Part shown: piece by piece, positions 33,387 to 42,223 of the stretch
Position numbering within the stretch: position 1 is the stretch's first letter
Layout of the letters: every line of letters starts with the position of its first letter
NCBI GenBank assembly: GCA_937625935.1
Contig: OW569390.1
Span: 124,001-188,000 of the forward strand
Direction of reading: 5' to 3'
Origin: Tetramitus jugosus
Lineage: Eukaryota > Protista > Heterolobosea
Length of the DNA: 64,000 nucleotides
Program-made: the position numbers and the translations under genes
The notes under the pieces: generated by a model
What the model was told of the DNA's origin: nothing
Database searches by the model: none
The model's input: the letters and a program-made list of their open reading frames with translations, nothing else

Positions 33387-34571
33387 TCATTGTTGTTTCG
33401 CTTTTGTTGTGGTGAAGAGGTGAAGGAGAGTCGTGAGACATCTCCGTTTCACCCCATTCACATAAATTCTTGCTTTTTTTACGGCCACTGCTACTCTGAC
33501 TCCACTGGCAACCAAGCCATTGGTGATATCTTCGATGGCACTCGTTTCGATGCCCATCATACCTGTTAGATATTCTCTGCTAGTCCACCGCAGTGCTCTT
33601 TTTTCAATCTTTCCGTTCTTGAGTCTGACATTATCGAACCATATGTCGATACAACTGTCAGCTGACACTCCCAGGCTAATTAGTTCCTTACCCACTGTCA
33701 GTGCTAGACACCGTCTAGCATGGACAGACCTGGGACAACGTACCAAGCAGTGTAAGACACTCTCGGGTTCTTTTTTGCACCAGGAGCACATGATAGACGC
33801 ATTATGGGGGTTGTAAAGACCTCTAACAACTTCCTCTGTGTGGAGAGTTCCACTTCTCACTTGAAGTTGGAACCATTCTAATCTTCTATCCACACCATGA
33901 GGATATTTCAGGAAGGAAAAGTCAGCACCACTGTAATTTGCTGCCTTTTGCACCCACCATCTGTCACTTTCCTCCACTCGAATATTGCGCTCTTGATCAA
34001 ACAAGGATTGAAGGTGCTGTCTATTCTCTACCCTCAGTTCACCTTTATACAATGCAGGCTCGCCACACGACCGGAGACTTCGGCATGGACAATTACACTC
34101 TCTCATTTGAGAGACCAAGATACTGAGCAACTGGTGCCTCTGTGCACCCAGTTTACAGTTGGGATACACTTGCTTGAACTCTTTGAAGCACATAGGCTCA
34201 CCATCCACCACTAGTTGTTTACGACTAACTATACCCACAACATAAAGTTTCTTGAGCAAAGTGGTAGGAATGTATCTTGCGAGCCAACAGTCATCGCACT
34301 GTTTGGCCACGCTAGAGGTCATTTGAATGTTGTGACAGTGCATCCTGTCGGCACACCACTTATGGTAGGAGTGTTTCACGCACTCTAGTCTGTTCCTTGA
34401 CTGATACACATTCTCTTGTTGGAATGTTTGATGATGCTTGATATCCTCAAGCGTGTCAAGGAACAGTCTTCGTGCTTCTGTGTCCTTTTTACCATTGACC
34501 ATCGAGAACACGAACCAACCAGTCTGAGCAGCGATTGACTCCTCAATATCCTTGAGTCCGACTGATCCCAA
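33387..34571 (-). CDS. family-B ORF2 C-terminal part with CCHC zinc finger, out of frame with the RT part
   Basis: GSVGL (GGLGL-type motif); CSWCKKEPESVLHCLVRC. Confidence 0.85.
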   Translation of the reverse strand: MGSVGLKDIEESIAAQTGWFVFSMVNGKKDTEARRLFLDTLEDIKHHQTFQQENVYQSRNRLECVKHSYHKWCADRMHCHNIQMTSSVAKQCDDCWLARYIPTTLLKKLYVVGIVSRKQLVVDGEPMCFKEFKQVYPNCKLGAQRHQLLSILVSQMRECNCPCRSLRSCGEPALYKGELRVENRQHLQSLFDQERNIRVEESDRWWVQKAANYSGADFSFLKYPHGVDRRLEWFQLQVRSGTLHTEEVVRGLYNPHNASIMCSWCKKEPESVLHCLVRCPRSVHARRCLALTVGKELISLGVSADSCIDIWFDNVRLKNGKIEKRALRWTSREYLTGMMGIETSAIEDITNGLVASGVRVAVAVKKARIYVNGVKRRCLTTLLHLFTTTKAKQQ

Positions 34572-34572
34572 A

Positions 34573-36834
34573 TCACAACTGACGGAGATCCAGGAAAAGA
34601 TTCCCGACGGAGAACTTCACCAGCGATCTGCCCAACAAGTTGACTTTGTCAAGCCACTCTGCAGTCCAATCGGTGAACTCTGATGCATAGGTGAATATTG
34701 GATGTATGCATGTATTGACCACCCTACTCACTTGCCTCGCAGTCAGCCTCATCAGCCTGAGCCTTACGACAACTCTCTGTGCCTTTTGCCAAGCTTGCTC
34801 TCTCTGTCTATGTGAGCCTCCTCTAAGGTTAGTGTGCAGCCCTAGAGCACGGAAGACCTGTTTATTGTTTCTCGCTATCACTTGTATGCCATCAACAGTG
34901 ATGTCATAGTTTGATCCGTTCTCCTTCTTCCTCACATACAGTTCCAACTTGTCGGGGTGCATCGTCATTCGAAGCCACCCTAACACGGTAGACATTGCTT
35001 TGGCGGCTTTCTCAATGTCCTCCCTAGACTCAGCAAACAAATTGCAATCATCCACATACGCTGCGTTCCACAAGTTCTGGGTCATAGCACCAAATCCCTT
35101 CATTCGTTGACGCACATACAACAGTACCACTTGATGCACAAGGATGTAGGTAGTGGGAGACAATGAATCTCCCTGTCTTGTGCCTTTACCGATATGAAAT
35201 CTCCTTGAAAGTGATGAGGTTAGCACACGGGCATAGTTGTCGCGTACCATGCCACTAACAAGATTCACAATACCCTCGGGGAAGCCGAAGAACTTGTACA
35301 CCGCTTCGATGGCGTTGTGAGGAACCGAATCGAACGCCTTGGAGATGTCTGTCAGCAATAGAAAGAGCTGCTTGTCATGGCGATTTGCGTAGTCAATGAC
35401 ACCTCTGATCAGGGAGAGTTTCTCTCTGATATCCCTAAACCTCCTCCCACCTCCTTGGACATTTGTAAACAAACCTCCTTCTTCAGCCGCTTTGGAGATT
35501 CGCTGATTCAACAGCTTCGTGTAGAGTTTTGACAATGAACTCAGTAGGCAGATGGGCCGGTAGTTTTCTGGTAGAGTGACATCCCCCTTTTTGTAAGCAG
35601 GAATGATCACACATTCCTTCCACGCCTTGGGAAAATTGCCTGTCAATGTGATGTTGTTGAAGAACCCACAGAGAGTCTCTGCCAGCTCCCACCTAAAATC
35701 TCTCTTATTTGTGCGAGGGAGTTTAATCATCTCGTTGTGCATACCGTCAGCTCCCGGGCATTTTCTGTTCCTCAGCCATCTTATTGCTTCGGACACCTCT
35801 TCAACCTTGAATGGTTGGATGGCTTCTCTAATCTTGTGTTTGTCGCCATGACTTTCCATCAATGAGAGGAAACCCATGCTTGCTGCTTCTGACTTAAACG
35901 CCTTTTCAAAGTAGTCTGCAGCAACTTCACCCACAGTATGCGGATCCGTATATTGCATCCCATTTTTAGTAACCCTCGACAACCGTATACGGCAGCTTTT
36001 CTTTGCTGAAGCAGAAGAGAAAAACTTGGAAGGGTCACTAAACTCTGCCGTTCTTGAGACCCACTCCCATTTCCTGTATTTCTGTGAAGCCTTCTGGGCT
36101 CTAATCCTATGGAGTGCATCATTGACGCACTTGAGGGAGTCTAAAACTCTATCCACTCTCGATTCTCCACTGTCAGTAGTAACAACAATTTTTTCTAGCT
36201 TAGGACACCACACACGTCGATGCATGTACTCCATCAACATACTTCTGTGATGGAGCAATCTTCTGACAGCTCTGCACCGATTCCATTCTCTCGTAGTCTT
36301 ATTGTTCAGGAAAACTTCTGCTTGATTTAGTATAGTCCTCGTGATAATATTACATTGGGTATCAACATCCCGAATGTTTAGAACTCCCTCTCTTTCCAAT
36401 TCATCAACCACCTTTTTGGCATATTCTGTCCATCTAGAATCTTGTTTGTTCTTAGGGAAACGATATGATGCACGCTCACACGAGGTCCTGAAGTGCCTCG
36501 ACGTTGTTATTGACAACAATGTGGGCACGTGGTCACTGCCTACCCCGTTCTTTGTGTACATACTAATCTTCTCTATACTATCAAGTGCAGCTTTGTTGCA
36601 CCACACAGTGTCAATGCGCGACGAGGAACCTTTTCTGTAAAATGTGTGGAACCTTTCGACTCCAAGCTGCTCGTTCACATCAAATAGGTTATTTTCTGTT
36701 AATGCTTCCAACAATGGGCCAGTGTTGCTATCTATCCTTAGTGCTGACCTATCGGATGCCAGTATGACCGCGTTGTGGTCTCCTCCCAACACAAACTGAC
36801 CTACCAGAGAGAATTTGCTGATTGTTTGCTTCAA
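34573..36834 (-). CDS. family-B ORF2, partial APE endonuclease plus reverse transcriptase
   Basis: GGDHNA, HTFYR..SRID, SDH; KCPGADG, YRPICLL, DISKAFDSV, GTRQGDSLSP, AYVDD. Confidence 0.95.
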   Translation of the reverse strand: MKQTISKFSLVGQFVLGGDHNAVILASDRSALRIDSNTGPLLEALTENNLFDVNEQLGVERFHTFYRKGSSSRIDTVWCNKAALDSIEKISMYTKNGVGSDHVPTLLSITTSRHFRTSCERASYRFPKNKQDSRWTEYAKKVVDELEREGVLNIRDVDTQCNIITRTILNQAEVFLNNKTTREWNRCRAVRRLLHHRSMLMEYMHRRVWCPKLEKIVVTTDSGESRVDRVLDSLKCVNDALHRIRAQKASQKYRKWEWVSRTAEFSDPSKFFSSASAKKSCRIRLSRVTKNGMQYTDPHTVGEVAADYFEKAFKSEAASMGFLSLMESHGDKHKIREAIQPFKVEEVSEAIRWLRNRKCPGADGMHNEMIKLPRTNKRDFRWELAETLCGFFNNITLTGNFPKAWKECVIIPAYKKGDVTLPENYRPICLLSSLSKLYTKLLNQRISKAAEEGGLFTNVQGGGRRFRDIREKLSLIRGVIDYANRHDKQLFLLLTDISKAFDSVPHNAIEAVYKFFGFPEGIVNLVSGMVRDNYARVLTSSLSRRFHIGKGTRQGDSLSPTTYILVHQVVLLYVRQRMKGFGAMTQNLWNAAYVDDCNLFAESREDIEKAAKAMSTVLGWLRMTMHPDKLELYVRKKENGSNYDITVDGIQVIARNNKQVFRALGLHTNLRGGSHRQREQAWQKAQRVVVRLRLMRLTARQVSRVVNTCIHPIFTYASEFTDWTAEWLDKVNLLGRSLVKFSVGNLFLDLRQL

Positions 36835-36953
36835 GTATCCGTTTGTGGCGCTTTTCGGCTAATTTTTTTTTTTTTTTCCATACAACATTTGTTGCCCCTT
36901 TATTCTATCCACTACAGTGAGACGTGGTGTCGCTCAGAACCGCAGGTTCTGAG

Positions 36954-38180
36954 CTATTGTTCACATCTCTTCGCTACTGAGTCTCTCCAGACTTTATGTA
37001 ACCGTTTGATGCAAGACCTCTTCATTGCATTCACCAGCCTTTTAACTTTTGATTCCCTCTTCTTGCGACCGTGCACAACCAGCTCCTTCATCAACACATC
37101 CTTCTGGTCATCCTCCTTTCCCATTAACCCTGCTAAGATCTCTTCAGTGGAACGACTTGGGCTTAGTGGTACCAATTTCCCGTCATCGTAAACCACATCA
37201 TCGAACCATATCTTTAACTTGGCTGGCCTCATAAACTCCAGCTTGTCCAATTTGGCCTTGAATTCCTCAACCAGTTCCTTTCTTGCCCTTTTGGCTTCAT
37301 CACATTGCACTAGTAGGTGGGTGATAGTCTCTGGGGCGCTCCCGCAGTGAGCACACATGATCTCTATCATCGGCTCATACAAATCACGCAGTACAGTCTT
37401 TGTGTGGAGCGTACCACTTCTGACTTGGTGGTAAAACCACAGTTCATTTCTTTCTAGGCCGAATGGGCACTTGAGGAATTCATTCCACTCACTTTCTTTC
37501 TGGAATTCAGCCTCCAACATCCATTCAGGTTCAGATTCAATCGACTTTGCCCTCATCTGCACGAAATGCTCCTCTAGACCTTCTCTGACATTTGTGTTGC
37601 TCAACGCTTTATCACCTATCAACACTTCCAGAGCGTCATTCGTTGCTCTCCGCTCCTTCCATCTCTTTTCGCATGGCTTGCCAAGAATTTCCAGGTAAGC
37701 CCTTATCCTTGAGTATCTTGCTGGGCCGATGCCCTTCAACGTGAACTTCCTTTTTGCTTCCTCTAACGACATCACCATTATCCCATCATCATCGAAGAGT
37801 TGGGAGTTTTTGGTGATGCCACTTTGAATGAGTAGTTTTGCGTCTCCCGTAGGGAGATGCCACCCTATACTACATTTCCCACACTCATGCTCTCCTACGG
37901 GACCTACACGAACCTTCGAACCATGTAGGAGTTTGGCACACCACGTCAGGTAAGAGTGCTTGGTCTCACAAAGACGATTGTTGGATTGAAATATGCTCGA
38001 CCGAACGAGCGTTTGCGATTGCTTGACATCATCAAGCGTATCCAACAGAAGTGTTCGTGCTTCCGTGTCTCTCTTACCTTGTAGCATCCCCACGACAAAG
38101 GCAGAGATCTTTGCCGTCAGACTCTCTTTGAATTCATTGAGTCCAATGCCACCATTGTCCCTCTCCACTGACAGCAGCAA
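36954..38180 (-). CDS. family-A ORF2 C-terminal part with zinc finger (-1 frame relative to the RT part)
   Basis: DNGGIGL motif; CAHCGSAPETITHLLVQC. Confidence 0.88.
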   Translation of the reverse strand: MLLSVERDNGGIGLNEFKESLTAKISAFVVGMLQGKRDTEARTLLLDTLDDVKQSQTLVRSSIFQSNNRLCETKHSYLTWCAKLLHGSKVRVGPVGEHECGKCSIGWHLPTGDAKLLIQSGITKNSQLFDDDGIMVMSLEEAKRKFTLKGIGPARYSRIRAYLEILGKPCEKRWKERRATNDALEVLIGDKALSNTNVREGLEEHFVQMRAKSIESEPEWMLEAEFQKESEWNEFLKCPFGLERNELWFYHQVRSGTLHTKTVLRDLYEPMIEIMCAHCGSAPETITHLLVQCDEAKRARKELVEEFKAKLDKLEFMRPAKLKIWFDDVVYDDGKLVPLSPSRSTEEILAGLMGKEDDQKDVLMKELVVHGRKKRESKVKRLVNAMKRSCIKRLHKVWRDSVAKRCEQ

Positions 38181-40792
38181 AGAGGTAACCTTTTCATGGC
38201 ACTCGATCCATGTTTCACTGCCTTGCGTCCAATCCCCTCAATTTCGTTTAGCCACTTCTTTGGCCAATGGGTGAACTCTGAAGCAAACAAGAATACAGGA
38301 TGGACGCATGTGTTCACTATTCTCGCTACCTGACTTGGCCCCAACTTCAGCATCCTCAACCGATTCAGGATTCTCAGTACCTTTTGCTTTGCTTGTTTCT
38401 TTTGGGCCTCTGTGTCCCCATTAAGATTTGTAAAGAGCCCAAGCGCTCTAAAGCCTGTGTGTTTGTCCTTTGCAGTAATCACCTTACTAGCCACTCTGAT
38501 CGTCACAGGATCTTCACCCACTTTCCTTGCGAAGAACTCCAACTTGTCAGGGTGCATACTCAGACCAACCCACTTGAGCGCCCTGTACATATCATTAGCC
38601 GTTGACTGGATGTCCTGGAGATCATCACTGAAAAGGTTGCAGTCATCAACGTAAGCCACGTTCCAGATTCTCTGGCTCATGGCTTGGTATCCGCTTGCTC
38701 TTTGCTTTACATAAAGCAACACTAACTGATGAACTATCACATAAGTCGTGGGAGACAAGGAATCCCCTTGCCTCGTGCCTCTGTTGATGTCAATCGACCG
38801 TGATGCGAGTTGGGTTCCTATTGTGGCCACATTCGATTCCAACATGTTCCTGATGAGCGTGATGATACCCTCTGGGAAGTTGAAAAACCGGTAGGCAGCA
38901 GTGACTGCATTGTGTGGTACACTGTCGAATGCCTTCGAGATGTCGGTGAGCAGAAGATACAACTGCTTATCACTTCTATTTGCGTGATCAATCACTCCTC
39001 TGATGATGGACAGCTTTTCTCTGATGTCACGCATTTTACGACCTCCACCCTGCGTGTTGTAGAATACACTCATTTTCTCAGCAGCAGCTGACACTCTTTG
39101 GTTCAGCAGCCGAGTGAATACCTTTGAGAGACCACTGAGCAGGCATATAGGGCGAAAGTTCCCTATCACCATAGGGCAGCCCTTCTTGTACGCCGGAACT
39201 ATAACACATCTCTTCCATTCACCCGGGAATTCCCCGGTCTCTAGTACTCTGTTGAAGAACATCATCAGCACCTCTGCAAACTCAACTCTATAATCTCTTT
39301 CCTTGGTGTGCCTCAATTTGAGCATTTCATTGAATATCTTGTCAACTCCCGGTGCTTTACCGTTTCGCAGCCACTTTAAGGACTGCAGTACCTCCTCCAC
39401 CTTGAACGGGGGAAAAATATCCTCCATACTCTGAGTCCTGCATCTCATCTCGTCTAGGAACGTCATGTCTGCAAATTCTTGCTCAAACACCTCCTCAAAG
39501 TAATCAGCAGCATGCTCAGCTACCTTATCCGGGGCAGTTATCACCGTTTCTCCACTCTTATAACTCTTGAACCTTAGTCTCAGTGCCTTCTTACCTGTGG
39601 CAGCATTGAAGAAAAGTCGGGGGTCCACGAATTCTGAAGTTCTGACTTTGTACAGCCACCTGGAAAACCTCTTGTTAGCCCTTCGGGCTCTTTCAGCTTG
39701 TACAAGCCCCTCTACAATCTTCAGTGATGCCAAAACACCTCTCAGAGTACAGTCCTCCTTGTATGCCTTGCAAACCCTCATGAGTTTCGGTGAACCGGTG
39801 TCATGGGAAGACAGCCGCTCCACTAAAATCGTTCTATCCTTCAGCCAACGTCTAACTCTGCGGTTGTCAATTCCTCTAGCAACTGGTTTACACTTCGGAA
39901 ACCTCTTCGCACTTTCCCTTAAGATCACAGTGATCCGGTCACATTGTTCATCAACATCCAGTTCCGCCATGTTGGTTTTATCTAGCCCTTCAACCACCTC
40001 TTTTGAGTACTCTATCCACATCTTGCTTTCCCTCTTTGGGAACTTGGGCCTTTCTTCCGTGGACCCTCTTTCCTCCACCTTTGTCCACCATATCTTTACC
40101 ATCGTAGGTATGTGATCGCTCCTTACCCCATTGGTTGTGTACTTCTCCACATCTCTAACAATGTCAGTGGCTGGTGAATTGCACCAGATTGAGTCGATGC
40201 GAGAAGAAAACTCGCCTCTAAAGAACGTGTGAAAATGGGGTGTACCTGTAACTGTATTAACATCGCTCAGTTGAAGTCCTTCCACCATTGCCTTAAAATG
40301 GGCACTATTGTCATCTAACCTTCCAGAAGTCCTCTCAGTATTGTTTATCACTGTATTGTGGTCCCCACCAAACAATAGTTTCCCTCTGCATGAGAGCTCT
40401 CTCAATGTTTCATTGATCATCACATAGTGATGTCCTCCTTCTGTTCTTTTGTGAGGTCCGTAATGATTGACTAGGGTTACTCGCAGATCTCCGCATGCAA
40501 TCTCTACAGCCAACAATCTTTGGTTAGTCACCAGTGTTCTGTACTCTTGAATGCTCTCTCTTCTTATTATCGTCATTATTCTGTCATCTGTGTTGGTGTG
40601 TATCAACATACACCCAGCATACTCCAGCTGCTTTTCGAAAGCCGCTTTGAACTTTTCACTCTTGCAACTCGCCTCTTGCAGCATCAGAACATCAATCCTT
40701 GGGATGATCGCCTCCATCATGGCAACAACATCGTTTCGTTTCCCTCCTAACCCTCTGATGTTGTACCAAACGACATTGAGTGTCGTACTCAT
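38117..40792 (-). CDS. family-A ORF2: complete APE endonuclease plus reverse transcriptase
   Basis: WYNIRGL, LMLQEA, NHYGP, GGDHN, SRID, SDH; KAPGVD, FRPICLL, DISKAFDSV, GTRQGDSLSP, AYVDD. Confidence 0.97.
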   Translation of the reverse strand: MSTTLNVVWYNIRGLGGKRNDVVAMMEAIIPRIDVLMLQEASCKSEKFKAAFEKQLEYAGCMLIHTNTDDRIMTIIRRESIQEYRTLVTNQRLLAVEIACGDLRVTLVNHYGPHKRTEGGHHYVMINETLRELSCRGKLLFGGDHNTVINNTERTSGRLDDNSAHFKAMVEGLQLSDVNTVTGTPHFHTFFRGEFSSRIDSIWCNSPATDIVRDVEKYTTNGVRSDHIPTMVKIWWTKVEERGSTEERPKFPKRESKMWIEYSKEVVEGLDKTNMAELDVDEQCDRITVILRESAKRFPKCKPVARGIDNRRVRRWLKDRTILVERLSSHDTGSPKLMRVCKAYKEDCTLRGVLASLKIVEGLVQAERARRANKRFSRWLYKVRTSEFVDPRLFFNAATGKKALRLRFKSYKSGETVITAPDKVAEHAADYFEEVFEQEFADMTFLDEMRCRTQSMEDIFPPFKVEEVLQSLKWLRNGKAPGVDKIFNEMLKLRHTKERDYRVEFAEVLMMFFNRVLETGEFPGEWKRCVIVPAYKKGCPMVIGNFRPICLLSGLSKVFTRLLNQRVSAAAEKMSVFYNTQGGGRKMRDIREKLSIIRGVIDHANRSDKQLYLLLTDISKAFDSVPHNAVTAAYRFFNFPEGIITLIRNMLESNVATIGTQLASRSIDINRGTRQGDSLSPTTYVIVHQLVLLYVKQRASGYQAMSQRIWNVAYVDDCNLFSDDLQDIQSTANDMYRALKWVGLSMHPDKLEFFARKVGEDPVTIRVASKVITAKDKHTGFRALGLFTNLNGDTEAQKKQAKQKVLRILNRLRMLKLGPSQVARIVNTCVHPVFLFASEFTHWPKKWLNEIEGIGRKAVKHGSSAMKRLPLCCCQWRGTMVALDSMNSKRV

Positions 40793-41795
40793 AGTTCGCT
40801 TTGTTCGTGCTCTTGTGGAACAACACTCTCTTGAGTACTGTTCACTCGAATGGTTCCATTAGGGGAATTTGTCATAATTATCTTCCTTTGTACATCTTCA
40901 TCGTCTACTTCCCTGGCATCGCGCTTCTTTCCTCTGTTGCTTACAAAATCATCCATTCTCCTCTGACCTTTATCAATCATTAGTTTCCCTCTGTTTTTTA
41001 TTTGGACCACAGGTGTGTTCACCAAATCATCCTCCATCGTTTGCACTGTATTCATTGGTTCCTCCAGTTCATTCCTAGGTGTAGTAGCTTTTTCTTGCAT
41101 GGTGCTTTTGTTCGCTCCATCCTGCTTACTCGCCCTAAGTCTCATCTTCATCATTTCCGACTTGAGAATTCGAATTTCTTCCACACTCCTCCTGTAATCA
41201 TCTAGCATCTTGTTCATGTCTTCTTGAAGCTGTGCTACATTTCTCTTCAATACGTCCATTGGTTCGAGTGTTTTGTGTACAAATTTCCTTGTCTTGGTGT
41301 TGCCCATGGGTGTCTTTTCGAGCAATGCATTCGCATAACTCGGGCCTTTGGTGGATACAATGGCGGAGTTCCCTCTTAATTCTACTCTTTGAACATTGTC
41401 CCGACCAGCCCAAGTTTCAATATCTTCCTTGCTGATCTTCCCTGCTCCGGTAATTACTACGTCATGTGTAGCTCTCATTCTCCCATTGACGCTTGCCTTC
41501 GAATCCTTCAACACTTTTGTGCAGTTGAACACTGAATGAATTCCCAAACTTTGTCATCTCTGACAATTATCCACGCCTTGTAGCTTTCACCTCTCCTAAC
41601 AACTTGTACCCTCTCAACCCACTCCGAGCAGCTAGCAACCAGTTTATTCACTATTGCTTCTGGAGTAACATTGCTGCACCTCCCAGTGACGACTACTTCG
41701 TCCCTCTTCGTAGCTGCTTCCTTGCTCATCTTTGTCCATACAACATATTGACTTCTGCGGATCATTACCGCCTGTACTGACGGTCCTTGTGACAT
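40789..41795 (-). CDS. family-A ORF1 (two RRM-like modules plus coiled coil), split by a frameshift at about 41508-41547
   Basis: ORFs 41508-41795 and 40789-41547 overlap; DEVVVTG..ERVQV..AWII and HDVVITG..QRVEL..SAIV repeats; stop overlaps the ORF2 start as ATGA. Confidence 0.75.
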
Positions 41796-41858
41796 GTGTT
41801 CGCGTTTTTTTTTTGCGCTTTTCGGCTAAATAATGCGATTTTTCAAAATTAACAACAA

Positions 41859-41930
41859 GGGATTGTGGTCTAGGGGTATGATTCTTGCTTAGGGTGCAAG
41901 AGGTCCCGGGTTCGATTCCCGGCAATCCCC
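41859..41930 (+). tRNA. tRNA-Pro(AGG)
   Basis: GGGATTG/CAATCCC acceptor; CTTGC-TTAGGGT-GCAAG anticodon arm; CCGGG-TTCGATT-CCCGG T arm; T4 follows. Confidence 0.97.
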
Positions 41931-42223
41931 ACTTTTGCTTTTTGTCGCGCCAACATCCAACAGGTCAAAAAAGGAGCTCCACGAATTTTTCGGGAGAAGT
42001 GGGCACAAAAAGAGCGTTGCAACAACAAAAAAACAACAAGCACCAAATCCACCAACTTTGCCTCTCACCATACTCTCATTCCCAGTTGTTGTCGTGTTCC
42101 TTCTTCCATTGTCCCATTCTGAGAGAAAATTGAGTGCATTTTGTTCACAAACCAACAATAGTACTAGTAATAGACAGAGCTCAGTTTGTCGTCAATTGAC
42201 TATTTATCACGAGACAGACCACC

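Larger units (their letters stand above)
33246..36836 (-). mobile_element. family-B non-LTR retrotransposon, 5'-truncated inside the APE domain
   Basis: poly(A) of about 22 nt at 33246-33267; 15-bp TSD ATCCGTTTGTGGCGC at 33231-33245 and 36837-36851; APE, RT and zinc-finger coding. Confidence 0.96.
36863..41814 (-). mobile_element. family-A non-LTR retrotransposon, apparently near full length (4952 bp; ORF1 and ORF2)
   Basis: poly(A) at 36863-36877; 15-bp TSD GCGCTTTTCGGCTAA at 36848-36862 and 41815-41829; ORF1 then APE-RT-ZnF. Confidence 0.97.

Noticed and set aside
33246-41814. Bacterial RT system (retron, group II intron, DGR) or LTR element
   Set aside because: APE domain, poly(A) tails, TSDs, 5' truncation and the lack of LTR or integrase define a eukaryotic non-LTR element.
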